From NCBI GenBank assembly GCA_964016885.1, contig OZ024746.1, positions 17,112,001-17,176,000 on the forward strand: a stretch of 64,000 bases of DNA. Direction: 5' to 3'. The notes below the pieces were generated by a model. The model made no database searches. It was not told where the DNA came from and was given only the letters and a program-made list of their open reading frames with translations. This DNA is from Eledone cirrhosa. Its lineage: Eukaryota. Positions 13,987 through 29,182 of this stretch are shown here, piece by piece; position 1 is the stretch's first letter; each line of letters opens with the position of its first letter. The position numbers and the translations under genes are program-made.

Positions 13987-14819
13987 CTAGCAGAATGGCC
14001 CGGCGTTACTCGGGATTCTAAACATAGATTGGCATGTTTATCCCTCTTTTCTGAAACAGTACAGAGAAGTACGGAATACCTCGGCCTGGAGATGGTGTCT
14101 ACATTTTGTGCTTATAAAAATAATTTGTCGTAGATTGTGCTTGAGAGTAAAATGTTCAACCCACGAAAGCCAAGACGATAGGGTTAAATAAAAAGGCATT
14201 CAACAAACCGAACATGTATTTATTGTGCTATGGTACAATGAAAGCAATAGTTACAGAGCAGTAAGCATGTGGGACTGCAGTGGTGGAGAGCATGAAGGAA
14301 TTTAGTTGGATACTTTTATGGTTACAGGCCCTAACGCAACCAAAATGCTAAACAATGCAGTCCCCGGACAAAAATTTGAAATCTTTTTCAGTTAAGAAAA
14401 TTTGTGAAACATAAGTAATGCATATGCAAAGATTTTAAAAAATCGGTTGGCTACTTCTCAAGTTACAGGCCTTAACGCAACCAAAATGCTTTAAAAAATC
14501 AGTTTTTCGCCTAATGCGGTCCCTGGGGCAAAAACTGAGATCTTTTTTGCTCAAAACACTTTAAACGACATAAGTAATGCAAATTGTGAAGAAATAGCCT
14601 GGAATATTGTTCCGTTATGCTTCAAAAAAGCCTTTAAAGCCTAAAATATGCGGTTTTTCGCCTAATGTGATCCCTAGGGCATCGAAAATTTGAAATATTT
14701 TTTGCTCAAAACACTCACATGACCATAAGTATTACATGTGTAAAGTTTGAAAAAAATCGGTTGGGTGGTTCTCGAGTTTTAGGGAAACAGACAGATATTC
14801 TCTGTTTTATATATATAGA
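13987..14819 (-). mobile_element. Non-autonomous Helitron
   Basis: On the minus strand it starts TC, ends CTAG, and has a subterminal hairpin CCCG-agtaacgc-CGGG. Inserted between A and T with no TSD; the empty site (aacatA|Tgggtgtg) is in copy B near 46725. Confidence 0.9.
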
Positions 14820-14837
14820 TGAGAGTGATGTGGTTAA

Positions 14838-17267
14838 CTAAACTAACCAGTAAGATAGTAAACTAACCAGTAGGATAGTAACTAACCAGTAAGATAGTAA
14901 ACTAACCAGTAGGATAGTAACTAACCAGTAAGATAGTAACTAACCAGTAGGATAGTAAACTAACCAGTAGGATAGTAACTAACCAGTAAGATAGTAAACT
15001 AACCAGTAGGATAGTAACTAACCAGTAGGATAGTAAACTAACCAGTAGGATAGTAAACTAACCAGTAGGATAGTAACTAACCAGTAGGATAGTAACTAAC
15101 CAGTAGGATAGTAACTAACCAGTAAGATAGTAAACTAACCAGTAAGATAGTAAACTAACCAGTAAGATAGTAAACTAACCAGTAAGATAGTAAACTAACC
15201 AGTAGGATAGTAAACTAACCAGTAGGATAGTAACTAACCAGTAGGATAGTAACTAACCAGTAAGATAGTAAACTAACCAGTAAGATAGTAAACTAACCAG
15301 TAAGATAGTAAACTAACCAGTAAGATAGTAAACTAACCAGTAGGATAGTAACTAACCAGTAGGATAGTAACTAACCAGTAAGATAGTAACTAACCAGTAG
15401 GATAGTAACTAACCAGTAGGATAGTAACTAACCAGTAAGATAGTAAACTAACCAGTAGGATAGTAACTAACCAGTAAGATAGTAAACTAACCAGTAGGAT
15501 AGTAAACTAACCAGTAGGATAGTAACTAACCAGTAAGATAGTAAGCTAACCAGTAAGATAGTAAACTAACCAGTAAGATAGTAAACTAACCAGTAGGATA
15601 GTAACTAACCAGTAGGATAGTAACTAACCAGTAAGATAGTAAACTAACCAGTAAGATAGTAAACTAACCAGTAAGATAGTAAACTAACCAGTAAGATAGT
15701 AAACTAACCAGTAAGATAGTAAACTAACCAGTAGGATAGTAACTAACCAGTAGGATAGTAACTAACCAGTAAGATAGTAAACTAACCAGTAGGATAGTAA
15801 CTAACCAGTAAGATAGTAACTAACCAGTAGGATAGTAACTAACCAGTAGGATAGTAACTAACCAGTAGGATAGTAACTAACCAGTAAGATAGTAACTAAC
15901 CAGTAGGATAGTAAACTAACCAGTAGGATAGTAACTAACCAGTAAGATAGTAAACTAACCAGTAAGATATTAACTAACCAGTAGGATAGTAACTAACCAG
16001 TAAGATAGTAAACTAACCAGTAGGATAGTAACTAACCAGTAGGATAGTAACTAACCAGTAAGATAGTAAACTAACCAGTAGGATAGTAACTAACCAGTAA
16101 GATAGTAAACTAACCAGTAGGATAGTAAACTAACCAGTAGGATAGTAACTAACCAGTAGGATAGTAACTAACCAGTAGGATAGTAACTAACCAGTAAGAT
16201 AGTAAACTAATCAGTAGGATAGTAACTAACCAGTAGGATAGTAACTAACCAGTAAGATAGTAAACTAACCAGTAGGATAGTAACTAACCAGTAGGATAGT
16301 AACTAACCAGTAAGATAGTAACTAACCAGTAAGATAGTAAACTAACCAGTAGGATAGTAACTAACCAGTAGGATAGTAACTAACCAGTAGGATAATAACT
16401 AACCAGTAGGATAGTAACTAACCAGTAAGATAGTAAACTAACCAGTAGGATAGTAACTAACCAGTAAGATATTAACTAACCAGTAGGATAGTAACTAACC
16501 AGTAAGATAGTAAACTAACCAGTAGGATAGTAACTAACCAGTAGGATAGTAACTAACCAGTAAGATAGTAAACTAACCAGTAGGATAGTAACTAACCAGT
16601 AAGATAGTAAACTAACCAGTAGGATAGTGAACTAACCAGTAGGATAGTAACTAACCAGTAGGATAGTAACTAACCAGTAGGATAGTAACTAACCAGTAAG
16701 ATAGTAAACTAATCAGTAGGATAGTAACTAACCAGTAGGATAGTAACTAACCAGTAAGATAGTAAACTAACCAGTAGGATAGTAGCTAACCAGTAAGATA
16801 GTAACTAACCAGTAAGATAGTAAACTAACCAGTAGGATAGTAACTAACCAGTAGGATAATAACTAACCAGTAGGATAATAACTAACCAGTAGGATAATAA
16901 CTAACCAGTAGGATAGTAACTAACCAGTAGGATAGTAACTAACCAGTAGGATAGTAACTAACCAGTAGGATAGTAACTAACCAGTAGGATAGTAACTAAC
17001 CAGTAAGATAGTAAACTAACCAGTAGGATAGTAACTAACCAGTAGGATAGTAAACTAACCAGTAGGATAGTAACTAACCAGTAGGATAGGAACTAACCAG
17101 TAAGATAGTAAACTAACCAGTAGGATAGTAAACTAACCAGTAGGATAGTAACTAACCAGTAGGATAGTAACTAACCAGTAGGATAGTAACTAACCAGTAG
17201 GATAGTAACTAACCAGTAGGATAGTAACTAACCAGTAAGATAGTAACTAACCAGTAGGATAGTAACT
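14838..17267. repeat. 19/20-bp minisatellite (CTAACCAGTARGATAGTAA[A]), ~125 units
   Basis: Direct reading of the tandem array; two variable positions (G/A, AA/AAA). Confidence 0.97.
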
Positions 17268-17527
17268 CTTGATACAACTTGAGTCAGACCATAAAAAAAC
17301 TATCCAATCCATGCCAGTATGGAAACTGGATATAAAATAACAATGATTGCGGTTCTTTTTTCGATTATGTTAAACTTAATTGAATAAATATCCTAGTATA
17401 TTACTGGAAAGGTTTTTAGATGAATATAAACACTTTAAAACAAACAGCTTTGTAAGCAGGGGCTGTTTCAAGGATGTTGGTATTAAAAGGGTTAATTCTC
17501 ATATTTTCTTGATTTTTCTATCAACAG

Positions 17528-17630
17528 ATGTATATAAAGGCTGCTACAACCAACAACTGGTTGCTGTGAAACAACTAAAAGATAGGAACAGAGCAGCGCA
17601 GACTTTTCTTAAAGAAGCATCCGTGATGAC
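17528..17630 (+). CDS. Csk: Csk copy A exon (kinase subdomains I-III)
   Basis: caacag| DVYKGCYNQQLVAVKQLKDRNRAAQTFLKEASVMT |gtatgt; VAVK catalytic lysine; phases match neighbouring exons. Confidence 0.93.
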
Positions 17631-18696
17631 GTATGTTGTTGAAATTTTTGATTTTTATTTGTCATAAGTTTCCCTGTCATCTTTTACTATCTTGTATGTT
17701 AGACCTCCATTGATTCTGATGATATGTATTCCACAGACACGTGTACTCTTAATGTAGGTCAGATCTCAGAGAGATTAAGCATGATAAAGATGTGGAAAGG
17801 CTGAGTGAAATGGAGCAATCTGAAATAAAGTGTCTTGCTGAAGGACACACTGCACCACAGAATTGAACTCGCAACCTTATGATCATTAACTAAACAACTG
17901 AACTACTAAAATATGTAACTTAACATTTTTTATTATAAATTACATTGAAGATATTTTGAGGACTTTCATCATCATCGTTTTACGTCCGTTCTTCCACGCT
18001 AGCATGGATTAGACGGGTTGCCTTGTTGTGGGCAGTGTCCAGTCGGCTGACCTTGTCTTGCTCATGCAGGAACTGATTCTGGTTTGATTTCTACAGCTGG
18101 ATGTTCTTCCTAACACCAACCTCATTTACAGTGAGTGCTGGGTGTCTTTTTTTCCGTATCACCTACATGTCCACTTTACAGTGTGGGAGGGGGTGGGGCA
18201 TATTGTCTATATGCTTCAGCTTCGGCTTGTACCCGTGGGAAGTTCGATCTTCTGTATTACTGCGTGACACCAGAGGTCACGGTCGTGTGTCATCGCCTAG
18301 AGAGGTGCAATTGGGTAAGGTCGGTTTTGTGATGGGTAATGTGAGTTTCTATAAATATTTTAATATTTTAAATTTATGACTGAAATATATGAAAATGTCT
18401 CCTCACTTATCAAGATGCCTGCTAAAGTGATGGAACCCACATAGAACTAAATAAATGAAAACTATTCAAAATACACTGCAGCAATTAACCTTTTCAATAC
18501 CATCTTTCTAATGAAAGACACTGTCTGTGATGTTCATATAATTTGGAATATAATGTTTTTGGAACATAACTTAACAAAGGTCCTAACATAAGATTATGCT
18601 GGAAGATTTTTAGATAAATATATATATATATATATTTACTTTAAAATTAACAGCTCTGCATCATAGGAATTAACTGAGATTTAATAACTGTTTTAA

Positions 18697-18867
<171 letters not shown>

Positions 18868-19215
18868 TAAGTTTTCCAACAGTTTTCTTTCTTTTCTATA
18901 GATGGAATTAGTGCTGGTGCCATCATGAAAAGCACTCTGTAGATTCTGTAAAGTGAGAGGTGATCAGAGACAATATAAAGAAAGGAGAGTTCTATAGTTT
19001 TGTCAAGAACATGACAGTTTCTCTAATGCTAGTACCATGATAAAATACACCCAGTACATGACATGAGTCAATTGGTTTCTACAAAGAAAACCCTGGTAGT
19101 TAGAAAGATCTACACTCTAGTAACACTGACCACCATTACCATGATGAAGCAATTGGAAACTGGCAACAACTACACAGAATCCAGATTTATACCACATTGC
19201 TTGTTGTGCAGGTAA

Positions 19216-19548
<333 letters not shown>

Positions 19549-20039
19549 TAATGAAACTTTTCTTCTGTTGTATTAACAGCTGTTAATACTATGATGCAAA
19601 GCTGATGACCTTTTCAAGCAAGAGACAGTGACTGAGAATCCCCAAAATATCTTAGTGCTGCTTATAGTTGAAGCGTGGGTGAGATTATAAACTTCAATGA
19701 ACACAGTATTACTGTGAAGAACAATTAAACCAAGTATTTTTGTCCTTATATTGTCCCTAATGTCTTGTGCCCCTGTGGCCAATAAAATAAATTATTATTA
19801 TTATTTGCTTGTCACTCAGCATTTGTTGCTGATGATGTAATTTTAGTGCCAATTGTCCACAACCAGTAGACTGTGGTAGCACCTTCAATGGTCAAGCACT
19901 TTTCTCAGTATCCTGGCAGTTTCAAGGGTTGTTGTTTTCACATAGAATTTTGACATGGTCATTTTCTATAACACCTTCTGATTTGTGCTCATACCAATGT
20001 CAGTTGTATGAACATACTCCTCTTAATTCTGCCTATCAG

Positions 20040-20430
20040 GTGAGAGGGTAGAGTTATTTTGAGGCCTTGAGATCTAGACCACAAAGAAAGTCCAACACAA
20101 CCGGACCTGATATTATTGTAAAGACAAACAACCACCCAAAATGAACTCTAATTGATATTGCGATCCCTCAAGTTCACAATATAACTGAAAAGGAAATAGA
20201 AATATCAGTAAGTATGTAGACTTTGCAGGCACTATTAGAACTGAGCACCATGTACAGACAGAAGTCATGTCAATCATCATTGGGACACTAGGCATGGTCT
20301 CTAAATGCCTTACGTCTTTCATCAATAGCCTTGGAATACCCAGCTTCATAAACAGTGCCCAAATTTCTACCATCACTAGCACTGCCAGAATCCTATACAA
20401 TATATTGAGCCTCTGAGATCAGGGACTGAT
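20040..20430 (+). mobile_element. R4/Dong-like non-LTR remnant (restriction-like endonuclease); mirrored at ~43475-43865
   Basis: HN-RPDIIV...LIDIAIP...EKE...KY....IIIGTLG in broken frames. Confidence 0.65.
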
Positions 20431-20546
20431 CTGAGGCCAATTATCATACTTCACCTAGTAACCGATTGCTAGAGAAATCTTACAAAATGAAAAAAAAAAA
20501 TATTATTGTTGTTATCATTATTATCATCACTTTCTTTTTACATTAG

Positions 20547-20651
<105 letters not shown>

Positions 20652-20892
20652 TGATGCCTGTCTCATTTCATTTCATTGCTTTTAATAAAACATCGTTTTT
20701 TGGTTTTGTTATTAGTGACTGTATACCAGAGAACATATTACTGTTTTCTCTGACAAAATACCTTTCTTTTCTCTACATTTATTACTACTGTATGTATCTG
20801 ATTTAGAATAACTACACATTATCTTTATATGTTGTAAAATATGACTGTGTTGGCAACAGTATCCAGCTGGAAAAACTTTGCCTAAAAAATGA

Positions 20893-21339
<447 letters not shown>

Positions 21340-22034
21340 TGAGTATACCACATACACATGTACTGTTAACATAATTCTAAGGGATATTCAATGTGATACA
21401 CTTCATCTGACAGTCTTGCAAAGAGCTTCTATCCATCGTAAGACTTGGATCAACCTGTGTCTATAGTAAAGATTGTGTGTTTAAGATCCATGCAGTGGGG
21501 TCAAACTCAAGTTTCTAAATAGTTTTCATCTACCCAATTTCATTGATACTGCTTATGTGAATGAAATTGGATACTTAGGATACTATGAAAGACATATGTA
21601 TACAGCACACACTGTAAATGTGGTTTATGTTAGGAAGGGCATCCAGCAATAGAAACCAAGCCAGAAACAGTTCTGTATGGGCAAGACACGGTCACCTGAC
21701 CCAATGTGCCTCAAACTGGACAGCGCATCTGATGCATGCTAGCGTGGAAAATAGACTTTAAACAATGATGATGATGTATATATATATGAGTAAGACATAG
21801 TCACCTGACCTAGCATTGCCCACTACAGGACAACTTGTCTAATTAATGCTAGCAAGGAAAAATGGACATAAAAGGATGATATATATATATATATGTCCTT
21901 AACTCTTCAGTTCCATATGAGCAAGACATGGTCACCTGACCTGGCATTGCCCACAACAGGAAAACCCATACTAGTGTGGAAGAACAGACGTAAAACGGTG
22001 ATGATGATGATGATATATATATATATATAATCTG

Positions 22035-23515
22035 CTGAATTTCCTGGTTTACATGGAGGCTACGGCTTTGGTACAAGAAATGAAGAGGGTCAAGCCTCCT
22101 GGAGATTTGTGCCCTCAACCTAACGATCTATAAGACAAACTTCAGGAAACCAGTCAGTCACCTGATTACTTACCAATCAGGAGGACACACAAGCCAAAAA
22201 GACTTCATCCTCATTAGGAAACACAACAAGCAAACGGTTGTAAATACCAAGTATTCTCCTGTGGAAGAAAGTACCCCCAACATAAATTAGGTGTCAGTGA
22301 TCTTAGAATAAGGGCTAGGTGTACCAAGAGACAAAAAACAGTTTGGAGAAGGAAGACATGAAAGCTGAGAGAATCCTCTGTGGGTAATTAATTCAGAGAA
22401 ATCATCCATAACACCTATGAAAGTAGGGAAGACGAGGGCATATAATATAGAGAATAATTGGGGATTTCCATGAGACAACCTGTTGGAAGCCACAAGCTGG
22501 CAACTGGAGCAAGGTTCCACCAAGATGGTGAGTCATGTGGTGGTGACAGAGCCCTTAAAACAAAAGGACAAGCCTGGAGGAATGGAGGAGAGAAAGTAAT
22601 ACTAGATATAAGGAAGAGAAGTCAGGCACCAAGTATATCTAGTGAGGGGAGAGGCAGAAAAAAAAAGTTTGCACATGTTCTGGGTCATGAAAATCAAAGG
22701 TGTGAAGTGTTCAGGATTGCGAGACAGTATGCTAGAAAAAATTGTGGTGTAGTTGGGGAAAAGTGTATCCAAAATGATAGTGGAGCACTTTCCCTGTCTA
22801 ACACTGAAAAGATAAAGGCATAGAAGATGTACTATGAGAGGCTGCTGAATGAGGAACTTAAGTGGAGTAGTGATGGCCTAGCCCATACAAACTCTGAGGG
22901 AGCAGCTATAAAAGTTAACAACAGTATGATAGATAAAGCTATTAAGGACATGAAGGTAGGGAAAGCAGCTGGACCATTTGGTTTTATTTCTGAGATGCTA
23001 AAAGCATCTGGCATGGTAGGATACATGCTAGTCAGACACATAGATAAATAAGTAGTACAGGAAGGGGTCATACCCAATGACTGGTGTAACAGTAAATTGC
23101 TACAAGGGCAAAGGAGATGCATTAGAGAGTAGTAACTAGAGACATCAAGTCAGTGGACGAGGTCATGAAAGTTGCTGAAAAGGTTACAGTACAACTAATT
23201 AGGGAAAGAATCAAGTTAGATGAGATGCAGTTTGGATTTATGCCAAGTAGTGGTATTACTGATGCCTTCTTGTTGAGACACCTACAGGAGAAGTACTTAG
23301 TTAACGGTAAGCCACTGTATCTAGCATTTGTAGATCTAGAGAAGGCCTTTTTCAGGGTCCCATGCTCTATAATCTGGTGGGAACTTAGGAAACTAAATGA
23401 AGACAAATGGCTTGTGAGGGCCATGCAGGCTATATACAAAGGAGCAACCAGCAGAGTGAGAGTTGGCAATAAATACAATGATAAATTTGAAGTACAGGTG
23501 AAAAGAGTATCATAA
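22035..23515 (+). mobile_element. RTE-clade LINE remnant in copy A last intron
   Basis: HGGYGFGTRNEEG (APE domain), KAAGP, QFGFMP...DA.F.LR.LQEKY...FVDLEKAF (RT); many stops and frameshifts. Confidence 0.88.
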
Positions 23516-23642
23516 AGCCAGGTTGATATCAAAAAGTTTCATTCATTTATCTGAAAATAAATTTGATTTTTTACCAACATTTTCCCTTGAATGCTTATTT
23601 CTATTTTTTTTTTCTTTCTTTTCCTTTGTTTCTGTTTGGCAG

Positions 23643-23819
23643 CCTCTTGCTGAAGTTGTACGACATGTCGAAAGGGGCTACAGAATGGAAACCCCGGATG
23701 GCTGTCCTCCTGAAATATACCGAATCATGCGACACACCTGGGATATAGAACCAAATCATCGGCCGTTGTTCCAGGACATCTTAAGCATGCTGCACAATTT
23801 ACGTGCCACCACCGTGTGA
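23643..23819 (+). CDS. Csk: Csk copy A last coding exon
   Basis: ggcag| PLAEVVRHVERGYRMETPDGCPPEIY...HNLRATTV*; no C-terminal regulatory Tyr. Confidence 0.92.
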   Translation, partial: PLAEVVRHVERGYRMETPDGCPPEIYRIMRHTWDIEPNHRPLFQDILSMLHNLRATTV

Positions 23820-26800
23820 ATAGAGAACTAAGTGGGAAAAAAAAAAAAAAAAAAAAAAAAAAATGAAGCAAACAAATCAATAAAACAATTTAAATAAAGA
23901 GAAGAAAAAAAAACAAACAAACAAACAAACATTTGTTTTCTTCTCTCTCCCCCCCTCCTCCCCCATTTCCTCTCATTCATTGATCTTCATATTATTTTCT
24001 TGTCTTATGATTTAATTTTATTTTCCTTTTGTAACCATCATATGCTGCTGCTGCAACTAAAATTGTCGACACTACCCTCAATACTGCTGTGGCCAACCCC
24101 TAAAAAATATTCTTTCATCTTCCAATCTGGAATCTAAACCGTCTTTGTTTCTTTCTTTTTTCTTTACCGGATGTTATAACTAAACATTTATAACTAACAC
24201 ATAATTCAGACGTTATATCAACGGGTGTACATGTTTGCATGTGTGTATGTTTATGAGAGTATGTGTGTGTGCTGATGGCTGTGTGGAATTATGTAGAAGT
24301 AATGAAGTATATATATATATATATATATATGCCTGTGTGTATGCAAGTAATTTCTGTATGGGTATATGTACTTTACATGCACACAAATATGTATATGTTC
24401 TTGTGAGTGTTTTTGTGTTCATCTATGTTCGCATTTAAAAATTTCTCAAAATATTTTCCCTCTCTAGTTATCTCCCCTTCAACTTCCCACTATTTTGACT
24501 CCCAATGTTATTTGATATTCTATTATATCTACATTTATGCCTGTGCCAAACTGGTATTGAGCCCAGGCCAGTTGTGGAGTGTAGGCCCTATTTCAAATAA
24601 TAATGGTCCCCATTTCAAACTATTCATTAAATATTTTACTAATGAATACTAAATACTTATGATTTATGTATTTACATGAAACAGAACAGTAAATGGGCTA
24701 TAATGATTATTTAAAAAAGGTAATTCTATTTGAAAGGGTTTTTCAAAGTGAGTAGGCCCCTGCAAAATCATAGGCTCATGTGTGCCTCGCTCTGCCTCAC
24801 TTTTAAAGTGCCCTTTAAAAATCTACTTCTTTACCTCTAGCTAAATTCTATAACTCTCACCCTCCACCACCCTGCTCCCTAAAGTCCAATTGTCCACCCC
24901 ACTCCCAGCTCACCAAAACTTATCTGATTACTTAACTTTTCAATTAGTTTACTCCCTATTTTTCCTTCACCCCAACATTTCTAATAAGAATATCCCTATT
25001 TTAACCTCCTTCCTTCAAATAGTTCTATTTGTAATAAGGATCCCCACTAGCTTTCTGATGCTGTTTCTGTTAATGTATTCTTCAGCTCCTTACATGTTAC
25101 TACCATAACCAGCACCACCACCACCAAGCCATTATCTACCTAACATTACCCCACCTCCACTCCACCCGATTGCTTTAGTTTCTTTCATTTTCATTATTAT
25201 ATTTTTAATAAAAAATATCACTTTTTTTCCTGTAAACAAAAAAAAAATCAGAATTTTCAGACGAAAAAAACATTCATTGACCATTTTTTTTTTTTTATTA
25301 TTATTTTTTTTTCAATTCTTGTCTCTTCTTTCAACCAATGTTATGACTGTATCTAGAGTACATCTGGTGTTAATGATATTGTGCTACATTCAGAATAATA
25401 CATGCAATATTTCACCTTGTTTGTATCTAAAAATACTTCTGGTGTACATCTGGTGTACAGCAGTAGCTGGCATATTCCAAAAGACTTCAAAGCCGGTTCT
25501 TCACTTTTGCTGTGTAACCCTTCTCACATCTCTCTATCTCTCTCCCTTTCCTTTCTCTCTCTATCTGCTGTTTGGTGTTGCATGCTACTATTGGCTCTCT
25601 AATACCAACTTATCACGGCTGCTAATAATAATAATAATACAAAAACAATATGCAAAAAAAAAAAATCCAAGATTGCCACCACCACCACCACCACTACTGC
25701 TGCTACTTCTACTCCTTCTACCACTATCACCACTATCGCAACTGCTAATGTTAACAGAACCACTTTTATATCTACACCAAACGCAGGGTACTTTGTAACA
25801 AGAGGAAGACACTGAGCATATTTGTGGCATTGGTCAACATGGAGGTAAAGAATAAAAAAAAAAGCTTACACGTCACTCGGAAATGAACAAATTGTCATAT
25901 ATTGACTTGATTATTGAGAAATTTAAGCAAATGGACATTAAAGCTATTTTAACAATTTTTAAAATCAGATTTGCTTTTTTCTATAAATATTTTATGCTAT
26001 TTTATTTTTGACGAATTGGCAGAGTTGTTGGATAACACAAAATACATATCTTATGATATTTGTTTAAAATCTCTGGGCTCTGGGATAAAAGTACTGCTGA
26101 GATCTTTACTTTTGTCTTATTGGGGTTGTTAAAATAAAGTGTTGGGTATGTATAATGCCTGTGATATTGGTACTGACTGTGTGCTGAGCTCAAATCCTGC
26201 TGTGGCTTACTTAGAGTAGTAAACTTGACCCATCACCTGGTTAACAATACCACCTGGTGATATTCTATAATACAAAAGACCTGTGACACTGAAAGTAAAC
26301 GTGATATAAGACTAGAGGTTACAGTGTTTGACAATGAACAGTGACTGTAAGGATGAGAAGACTGTTCAGTTTGGAAACTTTTCTAGTGCTAGTTCCATAA
26401 TAAAATACACCCAGTACTCCCTGTAAAGTGTTAGTATTGATGTTATGATAAAATGTATCGAGTCCTCTATGTAAAGTGGTAGTGCTGGTTTCAGAAAAAA
26501 TGCCCTTGGTACACCTTTTTGGGTGGTTGGCATTCTGAAGAGTGGCGAACTGTTGAAACCATGCTAATTGTATTGTGCAAGAATCGTCTCTTTGTTTGTG
26601 ACAACCTATGCCTACATGGAAAACGGACATAAAATGATAACCTGAAACTTAGGTACTTTTAGTAAGATCCAAGAAAAAAAAAGTTTGCTGGAAGTATAAA
26701 TAATTTCTCCCCCAAATTACATCCTGCTGGCTTAAAAAGAAAGAATACATTTGGATAATGTAATTCTAGATGTATAATTTTCTTGTGCGTGTGTTTAATA

Positions 26801-29122
26801 TCACATCCACTTTTCTCTCTAACCTCCACATTCAATGCCTATGTTGCACTATCATGCAGCACTCTTACATATCAAGGGAAACAACTGCTGCATGAACTTC
26901 TCTATATATATATATATATATGTTTTGGGGAGGGGGGGGGTTCACTGTTTAGTAGGAGGATGGGCAATGCATGCCTATGACCCTTTTTCAGGGCCTCGAC
27001 AACTGGTGGGAGGGAGAAAAGTATCTTCAAACTTGCTGCGCTGTGTAAACCCTGCTAAAGGTCAGGTGGCTGTGTTAAACAAGTGGGCAAGATTGATATT
27101 TGAAACTCAGAATGCATAGAACTGGAAAAATTATCAGAAAGTATCTTGTCTGATGCTCTCTGCCAATCCACCGCCATGGACTGGTTACTTTATTTTATTG
27201 ACCTTGAAACTATGAAAATTAAATTGAACTCAGAATGCAGAGAACTGTAACAATATCACAAGGCATTTTAACGTGTGCTCTATTGACTGGGATAATCATG
27301 TGATATGAAGTGATAAAGAATGCAATCATTAAATGTTTATTCTCTGGTACTATATGTTTACTGAGTTATTGATGCATCCATTACTCTCACCATCATCACT
27401 TGACTTCAGTAACTGACAACCATAAACCTCTTCCACCCATTGCATTCTTTAGAATCAGTTCCCTAAGGTAATTAACCCTGGCCAATAGTGGAATTTAAAC
27501 TCGGAACAGATGCCGCAAACTACTCTTCTGCCAACCCACCACACTTTATTTATTGATCCTGAAAGGTAAAGTTGACTCAAAGTGCAGAGAGTTGAACCAA
27601 ATCCCATTTGACAACTCTGGTATTTTGTTCCTACACATCATTCTGCCTCGGTCAGTCAGTGCATGGGGTACATTTTGTGACCCAAGTTTCATATTTGAAT
27701 GTAACTATTCCATCTCCTACCTTAATGTTCTTAAAAGAAACTTGGACATCAAAATTTCCCCCTCCTCCCACCCCTAATGTTAAGATTACTGATAAGCCAT
27801 CAATGGCTACCTCTAATCAGCAACTTAGCAATTCATTCTCTTGCTGCATTTTATTGGACTACCAATTATCGAAGCTATGACACTTTACAACAGCCAAATT
27901 CAATAAATGACTCGCCAGGGCTTACTGCCCCCTGGGGGTCCCCTTGCTTGTTTCGGGTAGAGACAGTGTCTTGAACATCATCTTTAGGCAATGGGTAACC
28001 AATGTGTCCAGTAAAGTTAAAATGGAACGTAAACTTCAAAAGTTATCAGGTTAATGTGAACTTCAATAGATAAGTCGAAGGGGCTTACTGGCATGGGTTG
28101 GACAGGTTGTCACTGTTCTACTCAATATTAATTCGAAGTTACTATATATCTAGATGGATTGAAGAACATCTCACTCATATGCTATATTTTTGGAAAAGTT
28201 TCTATGACTGGATTCCTTTCCTAACAACAACAACCTCATAATAGGGTGTACTTGATGCATTTTATGGCACTAGCACTAGAGAGGTTGCTATGTCCTGGGC
28301 ATGACCAAATACCCTCTCTATTTGACATTATCTCCAACCACTTTACACAGTGTACTGGATGTTTTATCACCAGCACTAGAGAGGTTCCCTTGTTTTCTGC
28401 AAGACTAAAAAGCCAGCTCTACTCAATGTTGTAAACACACAATTTTTATGTTGATCAATTTATTTGGCTGAAAATATATACCAATTTATAGTTCAGACAT
28501 CAGGGTATAGAACAGTGTAGTATAGTCTCTGTCACATGCGACTTTTAATTAATCTTAAGGATAAAGCACATATAAGTGCACTGGATTTGTTGCTGTTTAA
28601 ACCCAAGTCAACTGAAATCTAGCAGACCATCCATGACCATCCCACCTGTTAGAGGTAATAGAAACTTTGCTAACATTAGGAACAAACTACCTGCATTGGT
28701 TGTTAACTGTTGGGACACTTCCATGATTCCTGATATTCCCCCTTCATACACACACATGCATATGTGTGTGTGTATATATGACTCATACACTGTCCACTTT
28801 CCTGACATTTGTACATTATTCTATGTGCTATACGTGCACTTTTGATGAGTTGTAGTGCACCTGAGCACTGTACACACTAATTTTCATGCCTTTCATCCTT
28901 ACAGGGTTGATAAAATAAAGTACCAGTAATAAACTGGGTAATTGCTGGCCTTGTGCCAAAAGTAGAAACAATTATTATTATTATTGTCTAATGTGCTCTT
29001 TCCTTATTTAAAATGGTATAGTGTGATTTCAAGCAGGTTTAGCTGCTATTTCTAGTGTTGATCAAATGACTACATGATTGAGTTGACTTATAATCAAAGG
29101 CATTCCAGTCGTGACCATCCTG

Positions 29123-29166
<44 letters not shown>

Positions 29167-29182
29167 GATTCAGTAGATTATA

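Noticed and set aside
14838-17267. CRISPR-like or telomeric array
   Set aside because: No unique spacers, eukaryotic intron context and no cas genes; CTAACC is only part of a 19/20-mer, not tandem telomeric repeat.
25277-25830. 173-aa and 80-aa ORFs downstream of Csk A
   Set aside because: Low-complexity trinucleotide runs in probable 3' UTR or intergenic DNA; no domain.
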